Assembly (NCBI RefSeq): GCF_018350175.1
Contig: NC_058368.1
Coordinates: 139,254,001 to 139,318,000 of the forward strand
Reading direction: 5' to 3'
Source: Felis catus
Taxonomy: Eukaryota
DNA length: 64,000 bases
Below the pieces are notes generated by a model that was not told the origin of the DNA, searched no databases, and saw only the letters and a program-made list of their open reading frames with translations. The translations under genes and the position numbers were made by a program. Shown here one piece after another: positions 27,201-40,020 of this stretch (within the stretch, counting starts at the first letter, position 1; the number at the start of each line of letters is the position of its first letter).

Positions 27201-27342
27201 TTTAAAATGAAGCACTGTTGGAAGAATGAGGAAAGTGCAGGGTGAATTTGCCATTGGCCGAACAGGTGCACCCAGAAGACTGCTGAGTCCTGAGTGACCA
27301 CATTTGCAGCTAGGTTTGTCCTTAATGCTGTCTCCTCAACCT

Positions 27343-27573
27343 TAAAAAAATTTTTTTTTCAAATGTTTATTTATTTATTTTGAGAGAGAGTGCATGTGGG
27401 GGAGAGTCAGAAAGAGAGAGAGAGAGAGAGAGAGAGATACAGAGAACCGGAAGCAGGCTCCAGGCTCTGAGCTGACAGCCCTGAGCCCAACACGGGGCTC
27501 AAACTCACAAACTGTGAGATTATGACCTGATCCAAAGTCGGACGCTTAAAGGACTGAACCGCCCAGGCACCCC
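27343..27573 (-). mobile_element. Can-SINE
   Basis: TSD tctcctcaac. Confidence 0.92.
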
Positions 27574-27776
27574 TCTCCTCAACATTTTTGTCCCTTTAAG
27601 AGCTCAGGTTCAAATACAAGCTTCAGTCCTCTGTAGCTGTGTGGCCTCAGGTACTTAGTGTTATCATTTATTAAATGGAGATGATCATAGTATCAACCAC
27701 CAAGTTTGTCTTGATGATTAAATGAGTTAATATACTTAAAGTGCACAGTAAGTTCTATTTAAATGCTTATTTTAAG

Positions 27777-27984
27777 GGGCACCTGGGTGGCTCAGTCGGT
27801 TAAGCGCCTGACTTTGGCTCAGGTCATGATCTCACGGTCCGTGAGTTCGAGCCCCGCGTCGGGCTCTGTGCTGACAGCTCAGAGCCTGGAGCCTGTTTCC
27901 GATTCTGTGTCCCTCTCTCTCTGACCCTCCCCTGTTCATGCTCTGTCTCTCTCTGTCTCAAAAATAAATAAAGTTAAAAAAAAA
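27777..27984 (+). mobile_element. Young Can-SINE at the end of a MIR (~27600-27775)
   Basis: TSD taaatgcttattttaag. Confidence 0.94.
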
Positions 27985-28144
27985 TAAATGCTTATTTTAA
28001 GATTCCACGTTGGTCTCAACAGCTCTGCTTGGTGATTGGCTCTTCAAAGGCGTAATTTGTGTCTGACTGAGTTTCCTTTTCCCCATAGCATTTGGCATAA
28101 ACTGCTGGAAGATGAACAAACATTAGAGAAGCAAGTGGGGAGAC

Positions 28145-28362
28145 TGTTCGGAGTGGTAGTAAAGAGGATGGACTTTGAGGCCAGGCTGCCTGGTTCCGCC
28201 CTCAGCACACATATTAAAGTCCTTGGAGCCTCTATCTCTTTATCTGCAAAGTGATGATAGTCAGGGGTCTGTTGTCAGGGTTATATGAGATCATTTGTGT
28301 AAAGCTCTTGACACAGGGCCTGGCACAATGGGAACCACTCAGCAAATATCAGTTGTTATTAT
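28145..28362 (+). mobile_element. MIR
   Basis: gtggtagtaaagaggatggactttgagg...tatctgcaaagtg...cagggcctggcaca. Confidence 0.65.
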
Positions 28363-29329
28363 TAAGTATTTTCCTTTCTGGGAGTATTTGCATTTTTGCG
28401 TGAACTAAAGAGGGGACATATTTGGGGGCAAGTCAGCAATTCGGATCTATCCCAGTAATGAGTCCTCTTTGGTTATTTTTTTCACGCTAGAGTATTTGAC
28501 TCTCACGCCAATTCTGCTTGTACTTGCATAGATAAGGCAGTTGGAATGCTGCCCGTTCACCAGAATGAATGACTTCTATGTCTGTCGTTGGCTGTATTCA
28601 GTACAGCCCCTCCTACTAACTCAAAGTAAAAAATTTAGCAGTCAAACCATTTGGGTCCAAAAATGAAACCAATCCAGAGATCTCAGGATAAAAGTAGGTT
28701 TCCAGCAGCCCACTTGGGTCAGCCAGGATGTCAGAGTGGATGAGAACCCCCGAAGGTGTATGACTCCACAGCCAGGGCAGCTTGGGTGAAAAACCAGGCC
28801 CAAATGGACATTGAATCAGATTCAGGGATTGCATTAACAACTCAGCACTGCCCTTGAGCTGAACTGACTGTCCCTCTGGGAGTGCTTCTTAATGGGTTAC
28901 AAGAGCCACTTCGCAAACCAGAAGTGGGTAGGTGGCCTGTGTTTCCACTTCCTCACGGGCTAAGGCCCTCGGGGAAATGGACAGTAGAGGGAGCTGAGTA
29001 GGGGTCAACCCACAATGGTTGTTGTATCCTACACATGCCATGTTTTCCTCCTGAAAGTTGATCTTGGAGATGTGAACATATCTTCCTTGCTTTTTAACCC
29101 AAGTTCAAATGTCCTTTTCATGTGACTTGTTAAAAGTACTTTTCTTTCTTGTATCTCACTCCTCACTAACTCCCATTGAATTATTAGTGCCCCAAAAAAG
29201 CCCTTATGATAAGCTATCAGACCACTCTAAAATATCTTCAGGCTGCCAAGTGAAGTTTCCTATATCTACACAATGTGTAGTGATTAAGGAGGAGTGGGGT
29301 TTTTGAGGAGGTGAGGTCTTTGCTATCAT

Positions 29330-29560
29330 AAATAACGGCAGCTAGCATTGACTGAGCACTTACTATGTGCCAAAGATGTTCCTGCATTATCTCATGTAGT
29401 CTTACAGGACAGGGCTAGGTACCAGAATCAGCCCCATTTTCCACATGAGAAAACTGAGGAAGCAGAGTCAAAGCAATTGCCCAAGTTTGTACAGTTAGCG
29501 AGTGACAAAACCACGTTTCAAACCAAGAGTGTCTGCCCTAAGGGCAGAGCTTCTAATCTG
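29330..29560 (-). mobile_element. MIR
   Basis: actgagcacttactatgtgcca...ccccattttccacatgagaaaactgagg. Confidence 0.75.
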
Positions 29561-29606
29561 TAGTGCGTCCCACTCTTCTCTGTTCTCCACTTCCATAATT
29601 ACCATA

Positions 29607-29969
29607 TGCTGTGGTCCGAATGTTTGCGTTCCCCACAAATTCATATGTTGAAATCCTAACTCGCGAGGAGATGGTATTAGGAGGTTGGGCATTTAAGAGA
29701 TGATGAGGTCATGACAAGGGGAGTTGCCATGACTGGGAACAGGGCCCTTATAAAAGAGACCCCACAAATCTCCCTAGCCCTTTCTGCCACGTGAGGACAC
29801 AGCGAGAAGTCAGCAGTCTCACCCCAGCAGGGTCCCCCACCAGAACCTGACCATGCTGCATCCTGATCTCGGACTTCCAGCCTTCAGAATGGTGAGCAAC
29901 ACATTACAGCTGTTTATAAGCCACCCAGTCTACGGTATATGGCTATTGCCGCCTGAACAGACTAAGACA
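29607..29969 (+). mobile_element. MaLR LTR, MLT1A-like
   Basis: tgctgtggtccgaatgtttg...aaattcatatgttgaaatcctaa...ctgtttataagccacccagtct...gactaagaca. Confidence 0.88.
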
Positions 29970-30063
29970 GTACATATGTCTAGGACAAGATCGCGGGGTC
30001 TGGAGCTCACGATGATCATACACTGCCTCAGTTCCTTGAGGTCACAACCTTCTCCCCACTTGC

Positions 30064-30490
30064 CATTCATCCATTCAGTCATCCATTCAACAAATATTTG
30101 TAATGGAACACCAACAACGTACCACACCCCGAGGACACAGAGCTGATCAAAACCAGGAGAGGCCCTGCACTTACAAAGCCCACAATTTACATGGGACGCC
30201 AGCCCAGGTGGAGTGATTACACACACATGTGAAACCGTAGCTGGGGACCAGAGCTGCAGACAGAGGGACGAGATACTGTGAGAATGTGCCAAGGAAAAAT
30301 CGCCGTGGTTGAGGTGGTCAGGGAAGGCTCAAGATGTCTAAAGAAAACGGAGAGGGGAAAGCATCCCGATGGGATGAGGAACATAGGAGGAAGCCCTGTG
30401 ACCCACATCCTGGGTCTTAGAGTTGACCGGTGGCCGTAGGGGGCCCAGCCATGGTTTTTATCTTAATGACCATGGAAGGCCCTTGAACCA
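30064..30490 (-). mobile_element. L2 fragment
   Basis: cattcatccattcagtcatccattcaacaaatattt tail; gtggtcagggaaggctc. Confidence 0.55.
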
Positions 30491-31163
30491 CCAACTCTAG
30501 ACTCCATTTTTGAAAAGTTGCTCAGTGCCAGCAGCGCCCCTACAGCCAGGCTCTGTGCGTGTCTGGTACCCATGGAATATCCAGGAGGCAGATCTTTACA
30601 GCATCAATCAGCACCTTTCCCCCTGCCCCAAATTTGACTCAAGTCATGGTGTTGGCTGGCTCGGGAATAGAGAGAACCCGGTTCTCGCAGCTTCCTGCCC
30701 TGTCTGTAGGCTCATTCTCTTTGGCTTGGTGGGGGACTGACAGTTCTAGAGAGATGAAGGATCACATAGTGGAGACAGTAATGACAGAGTTTGTCTTGAA
30801 CTAAGGTTACCTTTACTTCTCTGCAGACAAATCATAATACTAAGTAAGTTGGTGCACTCAGCAGAATTCCACAGATAGTACTCTCTATCTCTGCCTTTTC
30901 TGCAGATAATGCTGTAAATTCTCTGCTTGAAAAAAGCAATTATGCAGTTTTCTGGTACAAAGCTCACTGCTTGCATTCCACAATCATAAAAGAATAAAGA
31001 CACGATGACTCATTTATTACTCTTGTTACTTAAATATTACTCACTAAACTTTGTTAACAATAGTTACTAGAAAATGACTTCTCTGCCTCACTACATAGAA
31101 TTTTCCTTCTGGTTTTAGATGCCATTTCTAGTGCCGTCTAAGAGAACTCACTTCTCTGAAATG

Positions 31164-31164
<1 letters not shown>

Positions 31165-31211
<47 letters not shown>
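31165..31211. repeat. (TG)n microsatellite
   Basis: Pure TG run. Confidence 0.95.
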
Positions 31212-31212
<1 letters not shown>

Positions 31213-31231
31213 GGGGGGTGTTATTTACTTA

Positions 31232-31329
31232 TAATTTAATTTAATTTAATTTAATTTAATTTAATTTAAGAGACAGAACTCGAGTTGGGGAGAGGGGCAG
31301 AGGGAGAGGGAGGGGGGAGAGAAAGAGAA

Positions 31330-31360
<31 letters not shown>

Positions 31361-31515
31361 CAGAGAGAGAGAGAGACAGAGAGAGAGGGAATACTAAGCA
31401 GGCTCCGTGCTCAGCACAGAGCCTGACACAGGGCTCAGTCCTAGAACTGTAAGATTATGACTTGAGCTGAAATCAAGAGTCAGATGCTCAACAGACTGAG
31501 CCACCCAGGTGCTCC
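31232..31515 (-). mobile_element. Can-SINE with (AATTT)n tail and long (GA)n
   Basis: Reverse body ending gagccacccaggtgctcc. Confidence 0.9.
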
Positions 31516-31927
31516 TATTTATTGTTTATTTATACTTTTATTTCAATCTGTCTTTTAAGGAACCCCCAGTAAATGATTCCAATGTGAACATGCACAGTCC
31601 CTTTCCACAGACTCAAAGATCCTTATGATGACACAAAGTGAGCCTCCTCCAAAGGATTTCCAAAAGACTGGCACTTTTCCTCCAGAAGTATAAATGTTTA
31701 GATTTCAAAGCTGGAGGAGTCATCTGGATGTCTTCTAGATAATGCCTTTAACTCTAAAAAAGTGAAAAGAAAATCATCCTTGATTTGTATTTGTACAAGG
31801 TTGGGGCGGAGGGCAGCCCAATCCACAGCCTGTGCCAAGTGAGGGCTGCCCCAAGTGAAATCTACTATCTCAGCCCGGGACGAGGGATGGGAGAGTCAGT
31901 CAGGGAGATCCTTGGGAGAAAGCAGGA

Positions 31928-32418
31928 GAGATGGTGAATTTTACATGTCAGTTTGGCTCTGCCAACCAGGGCACAGATATCTGGCCAAACATTATTTTGG
32001 GTGTTTTTGGTTGAACATTTAAATTCATTGAGCGAGTAAAGCAGATTGCCTACCTTGGCCTAAAGGGCATCATCCAACCCTCTGAAGGCTTGAACACAAC
32101 AAAAGGCCAATCTTTCCCTGAATAACTGGGAACTCCTCTTGCCTGATTGCCTTTGACATGGGCCATGGGTGAAGGTTTTTGTTGTTGTTGTTGTTGTTGT
32201 TTGCCTGTCCTCATGCTCACTGAAACACTGATTCTTCCTGGGTCTCCAGCCTGCCAACCTACATCACTGGGTCTCCAGCTCAATGACTGCACATCTTGAG
32301 ATTTGTCAGCTGCCATAAACATGTGAGCCAATTTCTTATAATAGGTTTCTTTCTCTCTGTATATATAAATACACACATTGCATTGGTCCTGTTTCTCTGG
32401 AGAGCCCTGACCACTATG
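31928..32418 (+). mobile_element. ERVL LTR, MLT2-like
   Basis: tggtgaattttacatgtcagtttgg...gagtaaagcagattgcc...attggtcctgtttctctggagagccctgac. Confidence 0.85.
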
Positions 32419-32764
32419 GTATGAGAGGAGGCTCATCACCTCCCAAGACGTGGGTCAGAGCTGCTGGAAGTCTTGCCTGATGAAGCACCTCTCTGTGCAG
32501 ATCCCCTCTAGATCGCCTCCATTCTCTCCTTCTAAGTCCCAAATTTCTCTGTGAGGTTTATTTTCTCCATTTCACTATGGGAAGCTGCAACAGGAGATAA
32601 GGAAAGGGAAACTGTAGTTTGGGCTTGGCAAGTCCAGACTCTTGATTAGGTGGAAGGTAGGCTGGAGCCTGGAGCTCATCTAATCCATCTGCCTCCTACT
32701 CAAGGCAGAAGAGCTTCCCACACTGAGCTGAGCATGCTCACGCATGCAGTCCTTCCGTTGAGAA

Positions 32765-32980
32765 AGACACTGTGTTGGTTCAGAGCAGGGCTCTGGAATC
32801 TGACAGCTGGGGCCCCACCTGGCCTCCACTTCTCAGTAGCTATGTGACCTTGGGCACTACTAGGTCCCACTTGACTCATTTCTATAATGGGGATAATTAT
32901 AGCATACGTTTCATGGGTCACTGAAACGATCCCTTGAAAATACAGAAGCACATAGTCTAGCATCTGTGTTGGCTGTTACT
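32765..32980 (+). mobile_element. MIR
   Basis: gagcagggctctggaatc...agctatgtgaccttggg...ctataatggggataat. Confidence 0.65.
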
Positions 32981-33733
32981 AACAGTCCTGCCTCTTCTAT
33001 ACCAACTTTAATTTAGGGTATAAATGTCTAGATTTGGCAATTCTACATTAGCATTTGCTTTAAACTTTGGGGAAAAAAACCAAAAACCAAAAAACAAACA
33101 AACAAAAAAAAACTTTGGGACCTCTGCAGATTTAATAACCACAACTTGTATGTATTCAAGTTCCCACTGCTCAAAGTACAGGCTATGCCCTAGCCCCCTA
33201 GAAGTCTACCAGAAATGCAGAACCCAGGCTCCGGGTAAAGTGCAGCTACATTAAGGTTTGATTTAAGGCTCTGACAGAAATGACAAGGAGCACAGGGCTA
33301 GTGACAAATTCTTATGAACATACTCTGGAGACAACTCTTACATTTAATACTGATTAATGTTCAATTCTGACCAATATAATGAAAAACAGATTTACACAGG
33401 AAGGATTCTGAATGGTAGAGCAGAACCCAGAGGAAGGCAGGACCAGAGCAGCAGCAGGAGCTCCTGGACCCCTCTGGGGTATGGCTTTAGACGCCTCAAC
33501 TCCACCTGCCTGTGTATTCCATTCAAATTTCCTCTTACTGGTCCAGTCTGGGTCAGTGTCTTCTACTCTTGGACCAATCAACACTGGCCAGTCTTGAGTG
33601 GGCAGCCAGGAAGGTGCTAAGCCAGAAGCTAACCTACTTTGTATCCACTACAAAACCATGTTCCTAAAAGATATGAGTCCACCTTCCTGCTTGGAATAGC
33701 TTTTACACGTGTCCATTTAAATGAGCAATACTA

Positions 33734-33941
33734 GGGGCACCTGGGTGGCTCAGTCAGTTAAGCGTCCGACTTCAGCTCAGGTCACGATCTTGTGGTCCGT
33801 GAGTTCGAGCCCTGTGTCACGCTCTGGGCTGATGGCTCAGAGCCTGGAGCCTGCTTCTGATTCTGTGTCTCCCTTTCTGTCTCTGCCCCTCCCCTGTTCA
33901 TGCTCGGTCTCTCTCTCTGTCTCAAAAATAAATAAACGTTA

Positions 33942-33976
<35 letters not shown>

Positions 33977-33998
33977 GCAAGCAAGCAAGCAAGCAAGC
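33734..33998 (+). mobile_element. Can-SINE with (TAAA)n(AAGC)6 tail
   Basis: TSD agc(a/t)atactag at 33724-33734 and 33996-34006. Confidence 0.93.
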
Positions 33999-34087
33999 TA
34001 TACTAGTTGTCTACAATGGATCCTAAACAAAGTTAATGCCTAAAGTTAGGCATCCAAACTTACCTCAAAAAAAAAAAAAAAATGGAG

Positions 34088-34335
34088 AGGGTTGCCTGGG
34101 TGGCTCAGTCAGTTAAGCGTCCTACTTTGGCTCTGGCCATGATCTCCTGGTTCCTGAGTTTGAGCCCCACACTGGGCTTTGTGTTGACAGCTCAGGGCCT
34201 AGAGCCTGCTTTGGCTTCTGCATCTTTCTGTCTGCCCCTCCTGTGCTCACGCACTCTCTCTCTCTCAAAAAGAAATAAATGAAAAAAAAAAAAAAAGAAA
34301 GAAATGTTTAAAAAAAATTTTTAAATCTAAAAAAG
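34088..34335 (+). mobile_element. Can-SINE
   Basis: TSD aaatggaga. Confidence 0.9.
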
Positions 34336-35195
34336 AAAGAAATGGAGATAGGAGGCTGACTTTGAGAGATGTTATTTTTGAAGGATAACAATATATTTAC
34401 CTTATTAAATTATTAAAAACAACAGCTAGCACATTTGATGTTTGTTCTTAGCAAAGCTTTCGTTTGGAGAGTTTAATCGGTCAGAAGATTCTTCTGGAAT
34501 TTTAGCTTCCTCCAAAAGCACTAGATCTAGAGGAACAGATTGTTCTGGGTCTGGAAAATAAAGCTCAAATTTCCCAGCAGGCCATATTTGAGAACTGATG
34601 TTAGAATAGGGGCTATGGTAACCTGAGGGAGAAGAATGAACTCTATACCTTCATCTGACCCATTGTTTAATCTGTGACAAAAACATGCATGTTGATAAAA
34701 TCTCAACCATCTGGAACTAAGGTCAGGAAAAGGAGAGGCACATTTTTGGTTCCCAGTCAGCTAAGGTATTAAAGGAATATTGCAGCCAATATTTTGAAAG
34801 CAATAATCCCACTGTTCTTTGGAACAGCTAAGCTTTACCTGGAGTGTGTTCAGGCATGTGTGCTACAGCCTAGGAAGGGCATTGGAAGCTAGATGGATTC
34901 CAGGCAAAGGGCATCAGGAGAATGGGTAGCATGGTTTCCAGAACTTTTTTCCAAAGAACCATATAAAATAGAACCAGGAATTGGGAACCATGGAATTTAG
35001 CTGGAAGAAGCATCTTCAGCCAGGGAGGCCATGTGAGAGACACCACAGATGAACTAAGCGGCAAACTAAGGCCACTGAGTGGCAGTTTTGAAGAGAGGGT
35101 TTTTAGTGAATCCAAACATCATTTCTTTATCTCTGGCACAGAATTTATTTCATGGAGAAAACTGTCTATGATGGGGGAAATGTCTTAATAAGTCT

Positions 35196-36714
35196 AATTT
35201 GGAAAAGAAAACCAAAGCTGGAGGCATCACAATCCCAGATTTAAAGCTGTATTACAAAGCTGTAATCATCAAGATGCTATGATACTGGCAAAAGAACAGA
35301 CACTCAGATCAATGGAACAGAATAGAGAACCCAGAAATGGACCCACAAATGTATCGCCAACTAATCTTTGACAAAGCAGGAAAGAATATCCAATGGAATA
35401 AGAACAGTCTCTTCAGCAAATGGTGGTGGGAAAATTGGACAGCAACATGCAGAAGAATGAACCTGGACCACTTTCTTACACCATACACAAAAATAAACTC
35501 AAAATGGATGAAAGACCTAAACATAAGACAGGAAGCCATCAAAGTCTTCAAGGAGAAAGCAGGCAAAAACCTCTTTGACTTTGGCTGCAACAAGTTCTTA
35601 CTCAACATGTCTCTGGAGGCAAGGTAAACAAAAGCAAAAATGATCTACTGGGACCTCATCAAGATAAAAAGCTTATGCACAGCAAAGGAAACAATCAGCA
35701 AAACTAAAAGGCAACCGACAGAATGGAAGAAGATATTTGCAAACGACATATCAGATAAAGGGTTAGTATCCAAAATCTATAAAGAACTTATCAAACACAA
35801 CACCCGAAAAACAAATAATCCAGTGAAGAAATGGGCAAAAGGCATGAACAGACACTTTTCCAAAGAAGACATCCAGATGGCTAACAGACACATGAAAAGA
35901 TGCTCAACATCACTCATCATCAGGGAAATACAAATCAAAATCACCATGAGATACCACCTTACACCTGTCAGAAGGGCTAATATTAACAACTCAGGCGACA
36001 ACAGATGTTGGCGAGGATGCGGAGAAAGAGGATCTCTTTTGCATTGTTGGTGGCAATGCAAGCTGGTGCAGCCACTCTGGAAAACAGTATGGAGGTTCCT
36101 CAAAAAACTAAAAATAAAACTACCCTATGACCCAGCAATTGCACTACTAGGCATTTATCCACGGGATACAGGTGTGCTGTTTCGAAGGGACACAGGCACC
36201 TCAATGTTTATAGCAGCACTATCAACAATAGCCAAAGTATGGAAAGAGCCCAAATGTCCATCAATAGAAGAATGGATAAAGAAGAGGTGGTATATATATA
36301 CAATGGAGTATTACTCAGCAATCAAAAAGAATGCAATCTTGCCATTTGCAACTACGTGGATGGAACTGGAGGGTATTATGCTAAGTGAAATTAGTCAGAG
36401 AAAGACAAAAATCATATGACTTCACTCATATGAGGACTTTAAGAGACAAAACAGATGAACATAAGGGAAGGGACACAAAAATAATATAAAAACAGGGAGG
36501 GGGACAAAACGAAAGAGACTCACAAATATAGAGAACAAACTGAGGGTTACGGGAGGGGTTGTGGGAGGAAGGGATGGGCTAAATGGGTAAGGGGCACTAA
36601 GGAATCTACTCCTGGAATCATTGTTGCACTATATGCTAACTAATTTGAATGTAAATTAAAAAATAATAATAATAATAAAATAAAATAAATACTTTATTGC
36701 CAAAAAAACAAAAA
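35196..36714 (+). mobile_element. 5'-truncated carnivore L1: C-terminal ORF2 remnant, 3'UTR and A-tail
   Basis: ORFs 35337-35627 and 35640-36419 share one frame and are classic L1 ORF2 (LIFDKAGKNIQW.K.SLF.KW; CCHC motif CWRGCGE...HCWWQC); in-frame stops at 35280 and 35625. Confidence 0.95.
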
Positions 36715-36814
36715 GACGTTTCCCTATGGTTTCTGATGCAATTAGAAAACAAACTTAATTTTGGAAACCACAACATTAAATGACTTTTAATGTTTCCTTC
36801 AATTCTAAACATTT

Positions 36815-37018
36815 TTTAAAATTCTTTGTTTATTTTTGAGAGACAGAGCACAAGTAGTGGAGGGGCAGAGAGAGATAGAGGGAAACACAGAATCTGAAGC
36901 AGGCTCCAGGCTCTGCTGTAAGCACAGAGCCCAACGTAGGGCTTGAAACCACAAGTTGTGAGATCATGACCTGAGCTGAAGTGGGACACTTAACCTGACT
37001 GAACCACTCAGGCACCCC
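36815..37018 (-). mobile_element. Can-SINE
   Basis: TSD ctaaacatttt. Confidence 0.92.
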
Positions 37019-37542
37019 TAGTACTAAACATTTTGAATGGCATGAAATGTCAGCTCTTACACGAGGTTATCTCATGCACATATATACATGGATATGATAA
37101 AACCATTAATCCTTTGATTTACAAAAATATGGTAATAATTACTGCAATTTGCTCTGTACACTTGATAATATGTGTTAAGGATCTTTCTATGTTAGTACAT
37201 ACACAGCCACCTCATTCTTCTAATGACTGCCTCATGTTCCTTTGTAAGGCTGTATCATAACATAATAGACATTTAAGCTGTTTCCAATTTGTTACTATTA
37301 CAGCCAATGCTGAAATAAACATCACTGTAGTATACTGATGTTTATTACAAGCATGTATTTGGCACACATTTCTAGAATTGGAATTTTGAAGACATTCCAT
37401 AAGACCCTACCAGTTTATTCTCATACCACCAGCTGAATAAAGATTTTGTTTCCCCATCCTTCTACCCTTCAATGATACTATCAATCTTTTAAATTTAAGA
37501 TAATCAGATGCATGAAAAAATCTTATTGTTTTAATTTGCATC

Positions 37543-38378
37543 TGTTTGGTTGCCATTTCTGGCACACAGCTCCTAAAACCCTTGGAATTTCCTGAGTGAC
37601 TTTTGCTATTCATAACAAGCCCCTTCCAGCCACACCTGAGTTTGTGTTAACGAGGTGACTTTTGGAAAGCACCCAGGGATAGGGGCCGGTTGCCAGGGGA
37701 ACCAACTTTATGGTTAGAGGGATGGAACCTTCAGTCCCATCCCCTGATCTCTGGGGATGGAAGAAGTGTTAAAGAGTGACTGAGTCACTAATGGCAAAGA
37801 TCTAATCAATCGTGTGTACATAAATGAATCCTTCACAAAACCCCCGAATGAGGAGCTCAGAGAACTTCTGGGTTGGCTTCCAGGAACACTTTAAAGTGCC
37901 TGAAGGTGGTGCATCTCAAATTCAAAGGAACAGAAGCTCTGGAACTTGAAAGATGTACTTCTTCATCTGGTTATTCATTCGTATCCTTTAATATCCTTTG
38001 TAACAAGCCAGTAATCTAGAAAGTACTGTTTTCCTGAGTTCTGTGAGTGGCTCTAGCAAATGAGCTGAGCCTGAGAAGGGGGTCATGGGAACTTCTGATT
38101 TATAGCCAGTTGGTCACGAGTTCAGGTAACAACCTGGACTTGTGATTAGCATCTGAAGTTGAAGGGAAGGGCGGTCTTCTCGGATTGACTTTGACTTTGT
38201 GGGATCTGATACTATCTTCAGACAGAGTGTCAGGATTGAGTTAAATTATATAACAGCCTGCTGGGGTTGCAGGATTGCTTGGTGTGGGAGAATTACCACA
38301 CATTTGGTGACCAGAAATAGCAGAAGTGAAGTAGAATGCTGGGACTAGAGAAGACACGTAGGAGTGTGTTTTTTCACA
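37543..38378 (+). mobile_element. MER21-family LTR
   Basis: ggcacacagctcctaaaacccttggaatttcctgagtg and ttttcctgagttctgtgagtggctctagcaaa; reverse complement of motifs at 2000-2960. Confidence 0.78.
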
Positions 38379-38450
38379 AGAATCTTTGTTCATTTTTCTA
38401 TTAGGTTGAAACTTCTTATTGATTTATGAAGGCTTTTTATTTATGATGGT

Positions 38451-38644
38451 CTGTCTTAGTTCAAGCTGCTGTAAGACTGGGTGGCTTAAACAACAAATAT
38501 TTCTTACAGTTCTGCAGGCTGGGAAGTCCAAAATGAAGGTGCTGGCAGATCCTGCGTCTGGTGAAGGCTGACTTCCTGGTTTGCAGATGGCTGTGTTTTC
38601 ATTGCAAAGAGAGAGAAGGAGAGAAGAGAGAGGAGAGAGGAGAG

Positions 38645-38696
<52 letters not shown>

Positions 38697-38813
38697 CTTT
38701 AGTATCTCCTCTTATAAGGGCGCTAACTCCATCACCAGGGCTCCACACTCATAACCTAATTACCTCCCAAAGACCCCCATCTCAAAATACCATCACTTTG
38801 GGGGGTTAGGATT

Positions 38814-38902
<89 letters not shown>

Positions 38903-38912
38903 TTTCTTTCTT

Positions 38913-38967
<55 letters not shown>

Positions 38968-39180
38968 TTTATTTTTTGAGAGACAACAGAGCACAAGGTG
39001 AGTGGGGCAGAGAGAGAGGAAGAGACAGAATCTGAAGCAGGCTTCAGGCTCTGAGCTGTCCACACAGAGTCTGATGCGGGGCTTGAACTCACAAACCACA
39101 AGATCATGACCTGAGCCAGAATTGGAAGCTTAACCAACTAAGTCAGGATTTCAACATAAAAATTTGGTGGTGGTGGTGTG
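38451..39180 (-). mobile_element. MaLR LTR (MLT1A-like) with (GA)n and a SINE insertion
   Basis: tgtcttagtt...gactgggtggcttaaacaac...cttataagggc...acctaattacctcccaaag...aggatttcaacata. Confidence 0.8.
38816..39143 (-). mobile_element. 5'-truncated Can-SINE with (CTTT)n(CT)n tail
   Basis: TSD aggatttc; microsatellite at 38812-38963. Confidence 0.9.
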
Positions 39181-39902
39181 TGTGTGTGGGGGGGGGGGGG
39201 GGGGGGTGGGGGGGGTGTCACAGACATACATTCCACAACATTCCATGACAAACATTCAGTCTATAAGATGGCTGTTAGTCTTTTATGTAGTTTCTCTAGA
39301 ATGTCATTTAACTTTTGTATTTAATTACATTTTAAAAATAGTTATCTTACAAGATTCAAAAATCAAAACTATACAGAAACAGAGAGCAGTCTCATTTCCA
39401 CCTTTATCCCTTCACCTTGTTCCTCCCTATCCCCTGTATGAAATCATTTTTCCTGTTCTTCATTTTGTAAACATAAGCAACAATGTCCATATAGTCTTTC
39501 CCCTCATTTTCTTAATAAACTGTGTCAAACAGTAGACAATGTTCTGACCTCTATGAAGTGTTTTCACTTAATACACATTGTAGATATTCTAATAACCACT
39601 CCGCATCTTCCTCATTCTGTTTCTCTGCTTCTTCAGACTCCATTGTGTGGATGTAACTGTAGTTTATCCTGGACACTTGGGTCGTTTCCAACTATTTTAC
39701 CATTACAAACAACAATGAAATAAATAACTTTTGGGATATTCTGTTTTGTATCCGGAAGTGTATTTGTAGGAGACAGATTCCTAGGAATGAAATTGCCAGG
39801 TCAAGGAACTATCACTTGCTTTTTAACTTTGCCATGACATCTTTCATTACGGAGATGTTTTAAGTTTTTATGGTGATTTTTTTCTATTTAAAACTGGAAG
39901 GT

Positions 39903-40020
39903 GGGGGCTGGGTGGCTCAGTCGGTTGAGCATCTGACTTCAGCTCAGGCTTTGCGGTGGGTTCGCACCCTGTCTCTGTCTCTCTCAAAAGTAAAATAAAC
40001 ACGAAAGAAAATTTTAAAAA
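39903..40020 (+). mobile_element. Internally deleted Can-SINE
   Basis: Head joined directly to the CT tract and tail. Confidence 0.8.

Larger units (their letters stand above)
37080..39875 (-). mobile_element. Ancient L1M 3' fragments interrupted by MER21, MLT1 and a SINE
   Basis: tagacatttaagctgtttccaattt, ttgttttaatttgcat and ggacacttgggtcgtttcca L1M motifs in pieces. Confidence 0.55.

Noticed and set aside
35640..36419. 259-aa ORF as a host gene
   Set aside because: C-terminal fragment of L1 ORF2 in a truncated copy with upstream in-frame stops
38561..39137. Arg/Glu/Lys-repeat ORFs
   Set aside because: Translations of (GA)n and (CTTT)n microsatellites
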